Both the position numbers and the translations under genes were made by a program. A stretch of 63,817 bases of DNA, the filler included, from Vannella sp. (lineage: Eukaryota): the NCBI GenBank assembly GCA_023345925.1. It is 6 parts of 6 records of this genome, joined end to end, with 100 filler letters (N's around TTAATTAATTAA, not from the genome) between each part and the next. Parts side by side here need not be neighbours in the genome. Positions count along the whole stretch, not along the records: positions 23,397 to 38,126 come from JAJQQN010000612.1; positions 38,227 to 44,824 come from JAJQQN010000279.1; 4 more parts are not named here. The stretch is one strand, 5' to 3'. A model generated the notes under the pieces. It was not told the origin of the DNA and did not search any database. It saw nothing but the letters and a program-made list of their open reading frames with translations. Below, in pieces: positions 24,661 through 39,688 of the stretch; the stretch's first letter is position 1; the number at the start of each line of letters is the position of its first letter.

Positions 24661-25869
24661 TTACTTGTTAAGGTCAGTCCATTTGTGGACTTCAACACCC
24701 TTAGGAGGGGTGATTTCGACCTTGCGGGAGCCAATGTCTTCCCAGTTAGTGGACAAAACTGTACCACCCGACTCCACAAAGGACTTCTCCATGGCACGGC
24801 GCTGTTCGTCACTTCCCCGTGCGAAGATGTCTTGGAAGAGCTTGTTGAGTGCCTGCTCGCCTTCTAACTTCTCCTCTTCGACGTCCTTGGAGATGGCGTC
24901 CCAGTTCTTCTTGATCTTGCTTGAAGTGGGATACTCTGGCTTGGTGCTCACGGATGTGTCCCAATCCAATGTGTGAATCTGATCCTCTGACTTTTCTAAA
25001 GTAAGCCACTTGCACTGCTTGCGCTTGGCCAGCTTGATCTCCACTTTGGCAGCGGTGTAGGTCACGTTGGTCTGGCTCGGCTCAATCTCGTCACACAGGA
25101 CGAGGTCAAGCATGAACTCTACATCGTGGTCTAGTTGAATCAGGACGTAGAGCTACACGAACGAAGATTAGAGAGAGGGAGGAGAACGGGGAGTGCCTTA
25201 CTGTGGAGTCTGTTGGCTCAATGGTGCATTGCTCCTTCTTGACGCCTTTTGAGAAGATGCTGATGGTGACGGCTGTGGGAGATTGATACCATTCGTGCCT
25301 TATCGTTGGCCTTGCAGGGGCGATGGGGTCTGCCAGGGCTTCGGGGGAAGTCAAGGTTGGGATAGGTTCTGCTTGCTCCTGGGGAAGAGTGCGAGGTTCC
25401 GCTTGTGAGCCCTCTTCCTCTCTGATCTCTGCATCGCACTTGCGGATCCATCGTCGGATGGTGGTGTTGTCAGTGATGTCTTGGCTTTGTTGGAAAGCCT
25501 CCTTTGCTGATTCGTACTCTTCCATATCAAAGCAGGCGACCCTACACCTTGATGAGGATCGACTACTGGAAGATCTGCACTCTAAACCTACCCCTTACGG
25601 AGATACGCTGCCGAATTGTTGGGTTGGAGTTTGATAGCAGAGTTGGCATCCTGCAGTGCCTCTGGAACCAGTTCAGCAGGTGTAAAGAAGACCAAAACAA
25701 GTTACTCACTCATTGAGTTGTTCAGTTTCGCGTGGCAAGCAGAACGACGAAGGAAAAACTCTGCACGTGGCTCTTCCTCAGTAGCCGCCACCGCCCGGTT
25801 GTAAAGCTCGAGCGCTTCCTCGTAGGACTCATCAACAAACAGTTCGTTTGCGCTCTGATACTCTTCCAT
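24661..25869 (-). CDS. SUGT1: Hsp90 co-chaperone SGT1 (TPR-CS-SGS)
   Basis: TPR ANELFVDESYEEALELY, WIRKC, CS domain RHEWYQS, SGS domain YPTSS..KNWD, ALNKLFQDIF, RRAMEKSFVESGGTVLSTNW. Confidence 0.95.
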
Positions 25870-26101
25870 CACCACAAACTGATCCCAAACCAATGACCCA
25901 ACTAGCCAAGAAGGGCAACGCGAATTTTCTGCGACTTCTTGACGAGTTCTACTGATTAGGCACTTACTCAAAGTCCCAGATATTGAGTAAAGTCAAATGG
26001 GAGGAAGCTTGAAGAATGGGTTGGATAGGGTTTAGGGATTATGGGGTTTGACGAGTTTGTAGGGTTTAGTGCCATTTTGGCTGGTGTTGGGCTGTTGTGT
26101 C

Positions 26102-29100
26102 ATGGCAGAGCAGACTCTTGCTCAGATCTTGGAGGAGGGTGATGATGAAGACTTTCTGATGGGGCTTGGAGTACCTCTGACATCGCGAGGTTCTCCAATG
26201 AGGATGTCTGATGCGGTGGGGAGCGGCAGCGAGGACGCAACTGTGGGGAGCTCCCCGTTTGTGTCGGCTGCTAGCGAAGTGTTTGTAAAGGAGAAAGCAG
26301 TCAAAGAGAGAGAGAAGAGCTACCTCCCAAAGGACTGCTCCCCTAAAGAAGGAGAAGTAGAGCCTCGAGAAGCACTCCTCCTTCCCCAACCTCTCTCTCG
26401 GATCTCACAGGCTCTTGTTTCTCCCAAGATGAGAGCCGAAGTAGGCTTCCCAACATGTCTTGCAGTGGGGAGGCTCATTGCCATTGGAACTGCACATGGA
26501 GCTGCTCTACTCTTCGACCACAATCAGCAACTAAAGCAGAAGTTGGGAGGTGTCGGCGACCGTGTCGAGGAGTGTGACCCTGTCACCTCTCTTGCTATCG
26601 CCACTGACCAAGAGTGGATCGCAACTGGCCACCAAAGGTAATCAATAGACCATCCAAAGGTTCATCTCACTGACGGTATCACACAGCGGGACAATCTCGC
26701 TCTGGGACATCACTGGAGGCACACTCATCAAGTCCTTGCCTGATATTCACAAGTCTCCTGTCATTCATCTTCACTTCCTTCATGAATGCTCTCAGATAGT
26801 GTCCGGAGACACATCGGGTGAGAATCACTTGCAATCTGGCCTTTAGGACCTAATCTTGGCTTCCAGGATTCGTTTTCCGGAATGTCCTTCATTACAGATT
26901 GATGTACTACTCTGTAGAGACCATCAAGATACTGGGAGCAAGTAGCGGAGTCATTTATTCACTTGCAGTGTTGCCAAGGAGCCAAGAGGCGCATTTATTG
27001 GATTCATTTAATCTTCTTGCTGTGACTTCTCCCAAAGCAGTAGGACTCAGCACTTCCAGAGAGGAGTTGATGGTACTAAGCTTTTTGGTAGACTTTTCTT
27101 ATTGCCTTGAGTCCGCAGATGAAAGTACTCTTTCGATTGCCGAGACCAGAAGGAGTTGAAGAGGGATCCCGACTCCCGTATCTCTGTTGGAGACCCTTGG
27201 GGGAGATAGGAGGGGACCCAACTCTCGCAGTTGGATGGGGACAATCCATTCATCTGCTAAAAGTCTCCGTAACCGGGCGCACTCCGGAGACTCTCACACC
27301 GGAATTCAGCTCCCTTGGTGTTCCCTGCAAGACCTCTGGGGTACTCAATGGAATGCAATGGATTGGCTCTTTTGCATTGGGTTATCTTGGAGCACGAGAC
27401 GAGCTGGTTGTCGTCGACCCTTTCAGTGGGGAGGAATTGGAAAGCTTGGATGTTCGTGTGATGGAGTTGGCATATCACACTCGCTTCTCTCAGACCGGAA
27501 GTATAACGGTGGCACCTTCTCTCTGCTCGTATCACAACAGTCTTGTCTCTCATCAGCAGGAGATATTCCTGTTGGGAGTAAAGCGCGTGTATAGTGCTAC
27601 CATTATGTCTTGGAAGCAGCGCGTGGACGTGCTAGAACGAGAAGAAAGATGGACTGCTGCTCTCAATCTGTGCAAGAGCTTTTATTGTGGAGAAGCACGA
27701 GCTGCTGTGGGACTTCCATCAACTCCAGAGAAGCGAAGGGCCATTGTTGGCCTGAGGGTGGAGCAAATTCTTCGTCCCAGGATTGATGGAGTCTTTGCTA
27801 GCCTAGAAAAAGACAAAGCGAGTGATGCTGTTCGGCTCAAGACAGGGGTGGCACTGACAACACTGTGTATTGAGAATATGGTCGCAGTTCGGAGGACCCT
27901 GCCTCTATTCGAGAGTTTTTATCCCTTATTTGTTGCCAAAGGCCTTGGAACCTACTTTTTGGAGCTCTTGGAGCCTTACATTATGCAGGACAAGTTGACT
28001 CACCTAAGTCCTGCCATTATGCAAGAACTTGTGAATCATTATCGTGAAACTGGGCGACTGAGGGAGGTTGAGCAATGCATTGTTCACTTGGACATTGCCT
28101 CTCTGGACTTTCATCAAGTTGTGACCCTCTGTCGAGCAGAAAAGTTGACCCGAGCCCTGATTTACATGTACAATATCGGCCTTAGAGACTATGTGACTCC
28201 TTTTCATGACCTCATCAACATGAGAGAGCATGCACAGATCACTGAACCAGAGCGACTTGAGGTTGATGCGCACATTCTGGATTATCTAGCGGCTTGTTTG
28301 AAAGGCCGTGCATACCACCGAGAGCATTTACCCATGCAGGAAGTACCCTGGATCAAAGCAGAGGCGCTTGGATTCGTTTTTGACACAGACCAGAATCGAG
28401 AAAGTACTATTCAGTGGCCAAGGGTGCATTTGTTTGTCCAGTTGGGAATCGTCCGGCTTCTTGAGATTTTGAATGACGCATTTGACGACCCTTTATTCTC
28501 GGCTGTTAATCTGAGGGATCTATTGAGTGATTCAGACAAACCTCGCTGGGTGCAAACCAAAGCAGTCACTATTGATCATCAGGTGCTCCTAGAAGTGTTA
28601 TTTCAATGTGTTGTTGATTCCTGCACGTCTTCCAAGACATCCTCAAAGACTTCTCAGTATTCCGCGGCACTGCAAGGGGAGCTTCTTTCTTTTATGGCCA
28701 AATACTTTGCCAAGGGGACGGTTTCCCTCTCTGATGACCAGCTGAGTCGTGTTCTTGATTATTTAACTTTAGAGCGAAGTCAAACAACCCTTCAGCGCAG
28801 AGAGAAGCTACTTTATAGCCTTCTAAGGACGTGTCCTCCGTCTAGATATGACGCAGACAAGATTCTTCTTCGAGCAGAGGGGGCACGCATGTTGCAAGTT
28901 GCAGAGTTATTCTATTTGAGGAGTAAAAACTACCGCAAAGCGTTAGAAGGATATCTGAGTGACCCTGAACGAGCTCTTCACGTCTTCGGATTCCTTCAGT
29001 CTCTCATGGCCAATCCTTATGTGATTGCAGATGAAAAACAAAGCATTCAAGAAGCAGCGTTAGATCATCTGATGGAGCTAGTCGCTGTGGATTCTGCGGG

Positions 29101-30333
29101 GACTTCTGCTTTTGTGATAGAGTTCCTCACACAGCATGCCAGTGATGTGTGGCAACGGTTAAGACCCCACCCCAAGCTGCAATTTGCATATCTCAGTACC
29201 ATTATGGCTTGCTCAAGCACCATGAACGAGCTAATCTCTCGAAAGGGTATTCAAATCACCTCAGAAATGCACGAGACTTACATCAAGCTAATGTGCCAGT
29301 TCCAAGCTAATGAGGTGTATCGCTATCTTCTTATTCATACGAACTATCGATTAGATTATTGTTTGAGCATTTGCCAACATTATGACATCCTTGACGCCAG
29401 CACTTACCTTCTAGAACGCACTGGGGACGTTGCAGGAGCGTTAGAAATGATCCTGCGCCGTTCTGATATCAACATTGTGGGTATTGTAGAGAGTCACGAA
29501 GATCTAGAGAAGATCCCAGTGATGAAAAGTGAAGCCAAGTTACTCGACCGTACAATCCGGATAGCAATAACGCTATGCCAGCGTAACTCTGCTTCCCTTC
29601 CAGAAGTGGAGAATCAAAAACTGTGGTTCCGCTTGCTTGATTCTTTGGTGCTTCCTTTGAGGAAGCTCAAGACAAAGCGCAATCGAGCATTCAAAGTGGG
29701 AACGCATGCGGAAATAAGTGAAAAGGAGTTGCCTCAAGGCTTGGCAAGAGCCACAGAGCTCCTAACGGAAGTACTAACCAACATTCTTCACAATATGATG
29801 GGTTACGTGCCCATCCGCACGATAATGGAGAAGATTGTTCGTGACCACAGCTCAGCTTACTTCTCAGACTTTAAACCGATCATTATAGCCATGTTGGAGA
29901 CCAATCAGTACGAAAGCAACATTCTCGAGGCTGCAAAGAGGCTGTTCGATGCGGATCATTTCCAGGCCCATTATGAGTACCAGCGCCGGCTGGCTCGGGG
30001 ATTCAAGAGTACTCGACACACTGTTTGTCTTCTCTGCAAAGAAGCTGTCCAGTTGTCTGGAGTGGGACCAGCCGGGGAGGTGATTCTCTTTGCTTGTCAG
30101 CACACTTATCACCAACAGTGTCTCCCCGGTGATGTCACGTCATGTCCTTTCTGTGACAAAACCATTGGGCAACTCCCTGCGCCAGAGATTTCGATAGAAG
30201 ATCAGTCAGAAGCATCACGACGACAATTGTATCTCGACCGAGCACACCGCTTTGCCAGTGGCACGAAAGTGAGTACTTGAAGATTATCACTGGCTCACTC
30301 ACACTTTGTTAGCGGGGAATTCGCATTGGCTAG
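26102..30333 (+). CDS. VPS8: CORVET subunit Vps8 (WD40, alpha-solenoid, RING); 3' end approximate
   Basis: GFPTCLAV..IAIGTAHG, PYLCW, LAVGWG, FLELLEPYI, EQCIVHLDIASLDFHQV, DYVTP, YLLERTGD, LWFRLLD, C-terminal CLLC...CQHTYHQQC...CPFC. Confidence 0.92.
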
Positions 30334-30523
30334 GAGCACATCTGCCAGCTAAACCGTGAACACCTTATATACCAACTTGATTTGACACCATCTGGTACCC
30401 TCTCGAACCATTCTCGCTGTGTGGGTGGCCAAGGAAGGGAAACAATAACTTTTTGGAGCCGTCAAGTGCATCACCGGTGAATCATGAAACAGGAGCGATG
30501 AGGACAAAAAGGAAGTTTATGAC

Positions 30524-32617
<2,094 letters not shown>

Positions 32618-32775
32618 TTATTAGTCGGCATGTCCGAAAACTCCGAGGCTCAACGGCGATTGGTTCAAAAGGGTTGATTTTTAGCGACGAAAATTCTTTG
32701 ACTTTCTTTCAACGCCACACCAAATCATTGGACTTTGAATTCTACTTGGCATGTTAGTTTTGGTATTATTTTGCA

Positions 32776-34376
32776 ATGGAAGTGGGAACAGAGGGGGACT
32801 TTGGGGGATTATGTGATGAGGAGGTTGGAGCGGCGAATGTGGAAGGGCGACTGTCAGAGTCAGTTGTGTTGCCGGAGCGAAGGGGATGGCGGGAGTACTC
32901 TCGTTGGCGCATCTTCTTCATCACCTTGGGCATGTTCGGCATGGAGTTCCCTTGTGCGCTCGCTTCTCTCTGCTTCTCCTGGTTGCTAACAGGTTGGGTG
33001 TGATTAGGGTCCTTTGAGTACACCTTCTTCACACCTACACTGCGCCAACTTGGCGTTCCCAACTGGCTTGCGTCCTACGCGTGGATCTTCAGCCCTATCC
33101 TCGCGATCATCGCCTCTCCCATCATTGGGAGTATCTCTGATGTTATCAGCACTCCTATAGGTCGGCGATCGCCCTTCCTGATAGCCACAACGGCCACCAT
33201 CTGCTTCGCCATGGTCGCCATCCCCTTGGCAGCGCCCCTGGGCCAATGGCTCAGTCCATCAGACAACAGAGTCTCGGTCTTACTCGTCATAGGATCGTAC
33301 CTGACAATGGACTTCTCCTGCAAGATCTACGAAGAGATGGCGCGAGCACTCATTGTCTCCGTCCTCCCCTCAAGTCAGATCTCCTTTGCCAGCTCACTGT
33401 TCACTGCTGTCTCTGGCACAGGTTCAGCTGCTGGCTACCTGTTTGGTTCCCTCTCGTTGGGAGTGTATGTATTGTACTTTTGTGGAATTGCCACTTTTGT
33501 GCCGTGCTCGATGATCTCCTTGTTTGCAGCAGGAGAGACACGTTTCGTGGAAACAAAAGAGCAGAAACTTGCTAAAGCTGCGGAATCGAAAGGGCTGTGG
33601 CAGTTGCTGGAGACACTGACTTCCTTTTCTTGGATGTTTTATTATCTTGTGCTCACACAGCTGATAGGATGGTCTGTTTATGCACTCCTTTGGAGAAGAA
33701 GTATTTATGTGGTTTTTTAGGATGTCACTTTGGCCCCTTTGGACGTATGTGTCTGACTGGATGGGAGAAACTATTTTTCAGGTGAGGACATCCGCGGCTG
33801 GATTTGCCTCTCTCATTGATTTTAGGGAGATCCCAATGCTCCCGTTGGTAGTGATTCTTATAATCTTTATCAAGAGGGAGTCCATGCGGGCTCCCTGGCT
33901 AATGGCCTGATGGCATGCGTGAATGTGGTCTGCGCCCTTATTTTGCCAAAGCTCTCCCAACTGTTTGGCATGAAAGCTGTCTATTTTGTGGTTAACATAG
34001 CTACTGGAACTGCTCTCATTCTTTGCTATTGGGTGACGGATAAGTGGGGTACGCTCGCCCCTTTCTCACTCAATTAGTGACTCACTTGCTTTCAGAGGCC
34101 GTTTTTTTGATAGCTATCTGTGGCACCTCCTGGGCAGCAACTGCTACCTACCCCTATGTCATATTATGTAACTTTGTGCCCCCAAAGGATCGTGGATTGG
34201 CGGTTGGGATCCTCTGCACGATCAATATCGTGTCCCAATTGATCGTTTCAGTTGGTTTTGGCTACGTCATCAAGCTCACAGATAATACCTCGCTGACACT
34301 AGTTATGGGAGGTATCTGCGCACTTGTAGTCGGATTTATGAGCCTTCTCCTCTCCATGAGGAATCCAGAAGAATAA
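32776..34376 (+). CDS. MFS sugar transporter, SLC45/sucrose:H+ symporter-like, multi-exon
   Basis: GMFGMEF..W, TPTLRQLG, AWIFSPIL, PIIGSISD...GRRSPF, DWMGETIF, TYPYVIL, GLAVGIL. Confidence 0.85.
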
Positions 34377-34394
34377 CATTCTCGCGGCACTTAT

Positions 34395-35700
34395 TTACTC
34401 CAAATGGCACCCATCTAGGAACTTATTTGTGATCTCCTGATAATCCTCTGGGAATTGAGAAGGTAGAATAGCATGATGACCGCCTGGGAACCATTTGAGC
34501 TCCTTTTGAAGTGACTTGGTTGCATCAAACAGCATCTGAGAGTGCTCAGGAGCCACCACTGAATCGGCAGTCCCATGTAAAAATAGAAACTGCTGCTCTG
34601 CCATCTCAGATACGGCAGTGACTGGCTCCAAAGACTCCCCAGCAAAGCCCAAATTGAAATAGACCATTCGGATGACTAACTCAAAGAAGGCATCTGGGAG
34701 CAACAGTCGGCCATAGTCACGCATAAGCTTGATGAAAGCGCTGTTCTCAGTGACATCAGAAGTGCCAATCTTGGACCCAGCCATGACCGTTTGGATGGCC
34801 CTCAACCAAACCAAATCTTTCTGGGCAAATGCGTTCTCCACCAGTACGCAAGACACATGAGGGGCCTCCTTGTTTTCGTATTGCTTGTGTAGCAAGTGTA
34901 GTCCTAGAATGGAGCTGGCTCCTCCCTGGGAAGATCCAAAGAGAACAACATTCTCCCAACCCAAAGTCTGGTTGGCGTAGGCTATCAAGAAGGCCACGTC
35001 CTCTCTCTCCCGGAGTCCTATCTACGAGTTAGTCTTAGAATACCCTCTGGAAGTGAGGAACTTGCCGTAACTGGGGCCTCGGCTGAACCCATCGGAGATT
35101 CCGTGGTCTCGGCAGTCCACCAAGAGCACCTCGTAACCGTGAGACATCCACTGGATGGTGTGACTAGTGATGGTTAGTAAATGCAGGGATGAGGGCTCCA
35201 ATCTCTCACTGAAGGAGCTCTCGACGGTCAACCCCGGCACCATGAACTCCAATAACTCCTTCACGGCGTCCAGAAGTCCGTTTCTGTGCCGATAAGTCTT
35301 TAGGAGACTCACTTAGCATCTTGTTGAGCCTCTCTTGGTTGGCTTTACCACTTGCATCACCAAGATTTAAGGGAATGAACCATCCTCGAAGCTTCATTGC
35401 CTCCTCAGTACCGCTTCGGGGGTTCGTCCAACGCTCATAAGGGACTTGAAGTACTACTTGCTGGTATTGAAGACCAAAGTCAGCCAAGGGAGAGGTGTGC
35501 TTCGGGTAGGAGAGCCGATGAACCTCAGAAAGAGGAGGTAAATGGACATCCAGCAGCTCCACTGGGGCTCCCAACCGATGCTCAAAGGTTCGATACCAAG
35601 GAGGGCACATTATATGACCGGTAATGACCGCTGCCACAAGATACAGAACCCCAAATGCGGCAAATGGCACCAACACCGCCACCCCCATAGCCACCCTCAT
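34395..35700 (-). CDS. Alpha/beta hydrolase with N-terminal membrane anchor, multi-exon
   Basis: KLRGWFIP, GVHGAG, VLLVDCRDHGISDG, nucleophile elbow GSSQGG, LHGTADSVV (Asp), GGHH (His). Confidence 0.85.
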
Positions 35701-35866
35701 TCCAAAGGAAAGAGAACAATGAACCCAAAGGTTCTGTGTCAGAAGACCCATTCGCTCCCTGCAGCAGCCTTCTCCAATGCGCTACCTCTTAAGAAGTGTC
35801 TGACTGACTTGGCGGCCTCCCAAGCACGGGAATGGATGGGGAGGACTGGGATGGGTGCGTTTACAG

Positions 35867-37747
35867 TTAAATATTAAGTTTGGGCCTATCTTGAGCCAGT
35901 GCGGGATCAGAGGAAGTGGTTCTGACCTCCGAGGCAGCACCAGGTCGGTCGTTTGGATGTCCTGGTCCCATTTTCAGCCGTTGTAGATCCACTTTTGGTA
36001 TGTTTGTGATGTCTGGTTGTCCATCACTAGCCTGAGCAGTGAGAGGGATGCTGTTGGGCCTCGATTTATCGCGATTAATGCGCCGTTGGACCTTTTCGAT
36101 CTCCTTCCGGATGATTTCCATCTTCTGATAGCGGTTGCTATTAAGTGTGTTGCTGCTCTCACAGCTGAAGATATGCGGCTGGGCTCCGCTCAGATACTCT
36201 CCCTCAAACGAGGAAGTTTGAGTTTTCATCACCAAAACGTCAAGCTGAATGGCCAAGCCTGTCATTAAGAAGGGGTCCTCTGTACTTCTCTTACACAGTC
36301 GGATACCCTTCATCGCCCCAGGTCAGGCCTATGACTTGCATGGAAGGAGGAATGTGGTCACTTACCGATTTGGCGTAGAGTCTTGCCATTTCAAGGAGAT
36401 TGCCGAGGTCCCTGAACATTTCAAAGCGATATACAAGCTTCTGAGAGGGGGTAATGAGACAGGAGGACCTCTAACTGACCAGTAAGAGAGACCTACCGTT
36501 TCGGGAAGAACCTTGAGTGACCGGAAGTGTGTTTTGGCTTGGGAAATAAGGACTTCAGCCACAAGCATATGCGTGTGAGCAAGCCCTTCAGCCTGGGCAC
36601 GTTGTTCTCGGCTGTATATTGAGCGTTGGAACCATTCCACTCCATTCACTCCCATCGGGCCGTTACTGATGATCTCGCCAAGCAAATGCTCAACTGCGCT
36701 CTTTCGTAGCCATAGAGAGGGAAGGGAGAGCTCCTGCCCAGTCAACCAGTTGTCCGAGAGGGCAGGCAAAGGCCCACGCTTTCGGTCTGTAGGGAGACCC
36801 CGCATCACCATCTCAGTCTCTGATTCCACAATGATGTTATCGAGTATCTCTAGCGATCTTCTGGCGGCCCCTTCAGCCTTGTGCGGGCTGCCAAGTGTAT
36901 GATGGCCTCTCGCTTTGAGATATAAAGCTGTGGCCTGCGCGAATGTCTCCCTGTTGGTTGGAGAGACCTGTCGAGAGAGTGTATCAAGCTGTGTCTCCAA
37001 CTTCTGGACCGCCAGATCCGGCATACCTCGAAGGAGCAACTTGCGCGCATATTCAATCTCTCGTTCGTTCGCGTTCAGCATAGAGAGACGCGATAGGTCT
37101 TCACGATAGCTAGCGCTACTTGGTGTGTGTACAATCCTGCGAAGGAGGTTCTTCCGCACGGGACGATTCTCCGTTAACTCTGATTCGGAAGGTTCTTGCT
37201 CGCTTGCATCGATCTCCAAGTCGTAGCTCGTATCATTGGCCGATTCACGCTGTAGAGAACTACGCATGGCACTCTTCTTCACCGGAGCCATCGTACGGGG
37301 CCGGGATCTGGAAGGAGGAGAAGACTCAGTCGGCATAGACACCCGCGAAGTCAACGGAATGGTGGACTCTGTGGCCGATTTCTCGGACTTCTTACGTGGA
37401 GACTTCATGGTATCCAGTTTGAGCTTGCTTTTAGAGCTCCCACGTGGGCTTTTGGGATCCCCAGAGGCGGAAAGGTGGCGTTTTCGTGAACGGCTCGCTC
37501 CCGCAGACTCCTCCCCTGGTGGATCCGCAGGAGCACCCAAGTCAGTCTGAGAGGGTTGTATCCTCGGCTTTTTCGATTTCTTTGAGCTCTCCTCCTCCTG
37601 AGAGTCGTCCCTCTTCTTCTTTGAAGGAGAGGTGGGAGGTTCACTCCCATCGTCCCCCAAGGCACCACTTGGTGCGAAGCCAACTCGGCGTGTGAGGCGA
37701 TCAACAATGCTCCCTTTGTTTGTCTTAGATGGCTGCCTCCTCACCAT
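35867..37747 (-). CDS. Hypothetical protein: disordered basic/Ser-rich N-terminus and TPR-like helical region
   Basis: 461-aa ORF plus downstream ORF 35867-36313, apparently joined by short introns. Helical repeat-like pattern. No family recognised. Confidence 0.6.
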
Positions 37748-38126
37748 TCAAACCGCCAAAGGAATGACAAATTAGTTTGGGAAGTGTGCCTTATTAAGGA
37801 CTTGAAGGGAAATGAAGGAGAACTCGGCCTTTTGAGGATTTATCTGCAGCTTGTCGTTGAGGGCAGGATCGTCCTGGAGCTCGGTTTCGCCCACTTCTCC
37901 AATACTCAGTGGTTTGCCTTGTCTTGAAGGTACACGTAGTGTTCCTGTTGCTTCAAGATCCTCTCCTTTGCTCTGTTCAACCGGCGAGTGGCAGTGCAGG
38001 GCCATTTTTCTCTCCAGAAGCCAAAAAGTACCTCGCTTAAAACGCATAAAAAATTCATTCGTAATGGTCCCGATAGAATTTGAAGCCACTTTTCAACGGA
38101 GGCCAGCGGACGTGGTTGAGTGGGGC

Positions 38127-38226
38127 NNNNNNNNNNNNNNNNNNNNNNNNNNNNNNNNNNNNNNNNNNNNTTAATTAATTAANNNNNNNNNNNNNNNNNN
38201 NNNNNNNNNNNNNNNNNNNNNNNNNN
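38127..38226. other. Artificial contig-join spacer
   Basis: N-TTAATTAATTAA-N. Confidence 0.99.
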
Positions 38227-38922
38227 CAAAAGAACACTCCCTTGACCCTCTACTTCACTGCTGGAGGACAAGTGGCTGGTGTCGCTGCTGATGTGTGGGG
38301 AGCAGATGCCGCCCCTGCCAATCTGGTATCCAAAGGATACTGGGTTCCCGTCCCTGGTACAACAGACCAGCACACCATTAGTCTGAGCTTCCGACGCGCT
38401 TCGCTCATGTGCAGCGGTGCTCAAGCCCCAGAGGTCATCGGAGATCGAGTCGTCATCAACCAAGGAGCACTCAACCAGAGCATCCCCTTGAATGCTCACG
38501 ATGCGTACTGCAACAAGTGGTCGTATGGCTCTTGCATGAAGACCATGGGACAACATTGGTTCTACGATCTCGCCACGGCCCCCAACTTGAGCTTCCAATC
38601 TCAGAACCTCCTCCCCATCGTTCCCATGTACTGGCCTAACAACATCAACGGCACTCTCAATGCGATCTTCTTCACCACACCTTTGGACCAGCCTGGATCG
38701 AACCAGCTGCTCCACGGACCTGGTGATTGGGAGATGCCCGCTCTCAACCCCGCCAACATGTGCCAGAACTTCTGCAACGACGGAACTTGCCAATGGCCCG
38801 GAGTCAAGAGCTGGAGTACCATGCACATCTACTTCAACAGCCAATGGAGCGACATCAAGTGCACCGGCGGCTCCGGCCCTGTTGGTCGCTATTGCCCAGC
38901 TTCCGTCAGTTACAAATGCTAA
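38227..38922 (+). CDS. Uncharacterised Cys/Trp-rich (probably secreted) protein, 5' truncated
   Basis: Long ORF with strong C-ending codon bias. Motifs LYFTAGGQVAG, CMKTMGQHWFYD, WSTMHIYF. Confidence 0.7.
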   Translation, partial: QKNTPLTLYFTAGGQVAGVAADVWGADAAPANLVSKGYWVPVPGTTDQHTISLSFRRASLMCSGAQAPEVIGDRVVINQGALNQSIPLNAHDAYCNKWSYGSCMKTMGQHWFYDLATAPNLSFQSQNLLPIVPMYWPNNINGTLNAIFFTTPLDQPGSNQLLHGPGDWEMPALNPANMCQNFCNDGTCQWPGVKSWSTMHIYFNSQWSDIKCTGGSGPVGRYCPASVSYKC

Positions 38923-39068
38923 TCAATACAACCGGACGTCTTTGATTACTTCCTCGAAGGCCAACAAGCTTGCGCGGCTCTTTGCTTCGCTCCTTCTCCT
39001 CTTTCTGTCTCCAAAGCAGGCTCTGACTGACTTGTCCTGAGCGTATTCCTCTTCAGTGACGATACATG

Positions 39069-39596
39069 TCATTCTACTTTAGTAGCCGCTTCAATGGGTG
39101 AATGTAGGAAGCGCTGGGCCATGTGAGAGATAATGAGGAAAGGCACAAGAATCCAAAGGCTGTTGGGGATGATGAAGATGAAGATGGCGTCAAAGGGGCC
39201 GTTGTGGCGGGTGTTTTCAAAGCTAGAGCAAGCTTCAATCACCCAATAGAGCACTGTCTTCCAAAAGGTCATCATTGCCACGTTCATAAGAAGGACATCA
39301 GCCAGCCTTTGTCGTTGGTGGGAGCTTGAAAGATGCAAGGCAACAGAAGAATAGTTCAAGATCACTTCTACAATGTTCCCGTACGTCTGCGCACGGATCC
39401 AATGGTTGTTCAGGTCGCCATACGCCAAATCGACCCGGTAATAGTTCGAGTAGGGCGCCCACAGCCAGCTCCACGACCCTCCAGCCATTGAAACAGGCCT
39501 ACAGAGAACGAATCCAATGTCCCACACAACCACCAATGAAGACAGCACCAACCAGCCAACAATCCACCTCGGCCAAGGCACCCTCCCCAGCGCCAT
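39069..39596 (-). CDS. EXPERA / emopamil-binding-protein-like membrane protein
   Basis: Four to five TM helices with WDIGFV, LWAPY..Y.RVDLAYG, AQTYGNIVE, TFWKTVLYW, IIPNSLWILVP. Confidence 0.8.
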   Translation of the reverse strand: MALGRVPWPRWIVGWLVLSSLVVVWDIGFVLCRPVSMAGGSWSWLWAPYSNYYRVDLAYGDLNNHWIRAQTYGNIVEVILNYSSVALHLSSSHQRQRLADVLLMNVAMMTFWKTVLYWVIEACSSFENTRHNGPFDAIFIFIIPNSLWILVPFLIISHMAQRFLHSPIEAATKVE

Positions 39597-39688
39597 GCCC
39601 TCAAAGAATGTTAATTATAACAATTGTTCGCCTTGGACATGGCTGAAACAGCTGCCAAGGTGAGGCATTTGCATTTCACCTCGAGGGG

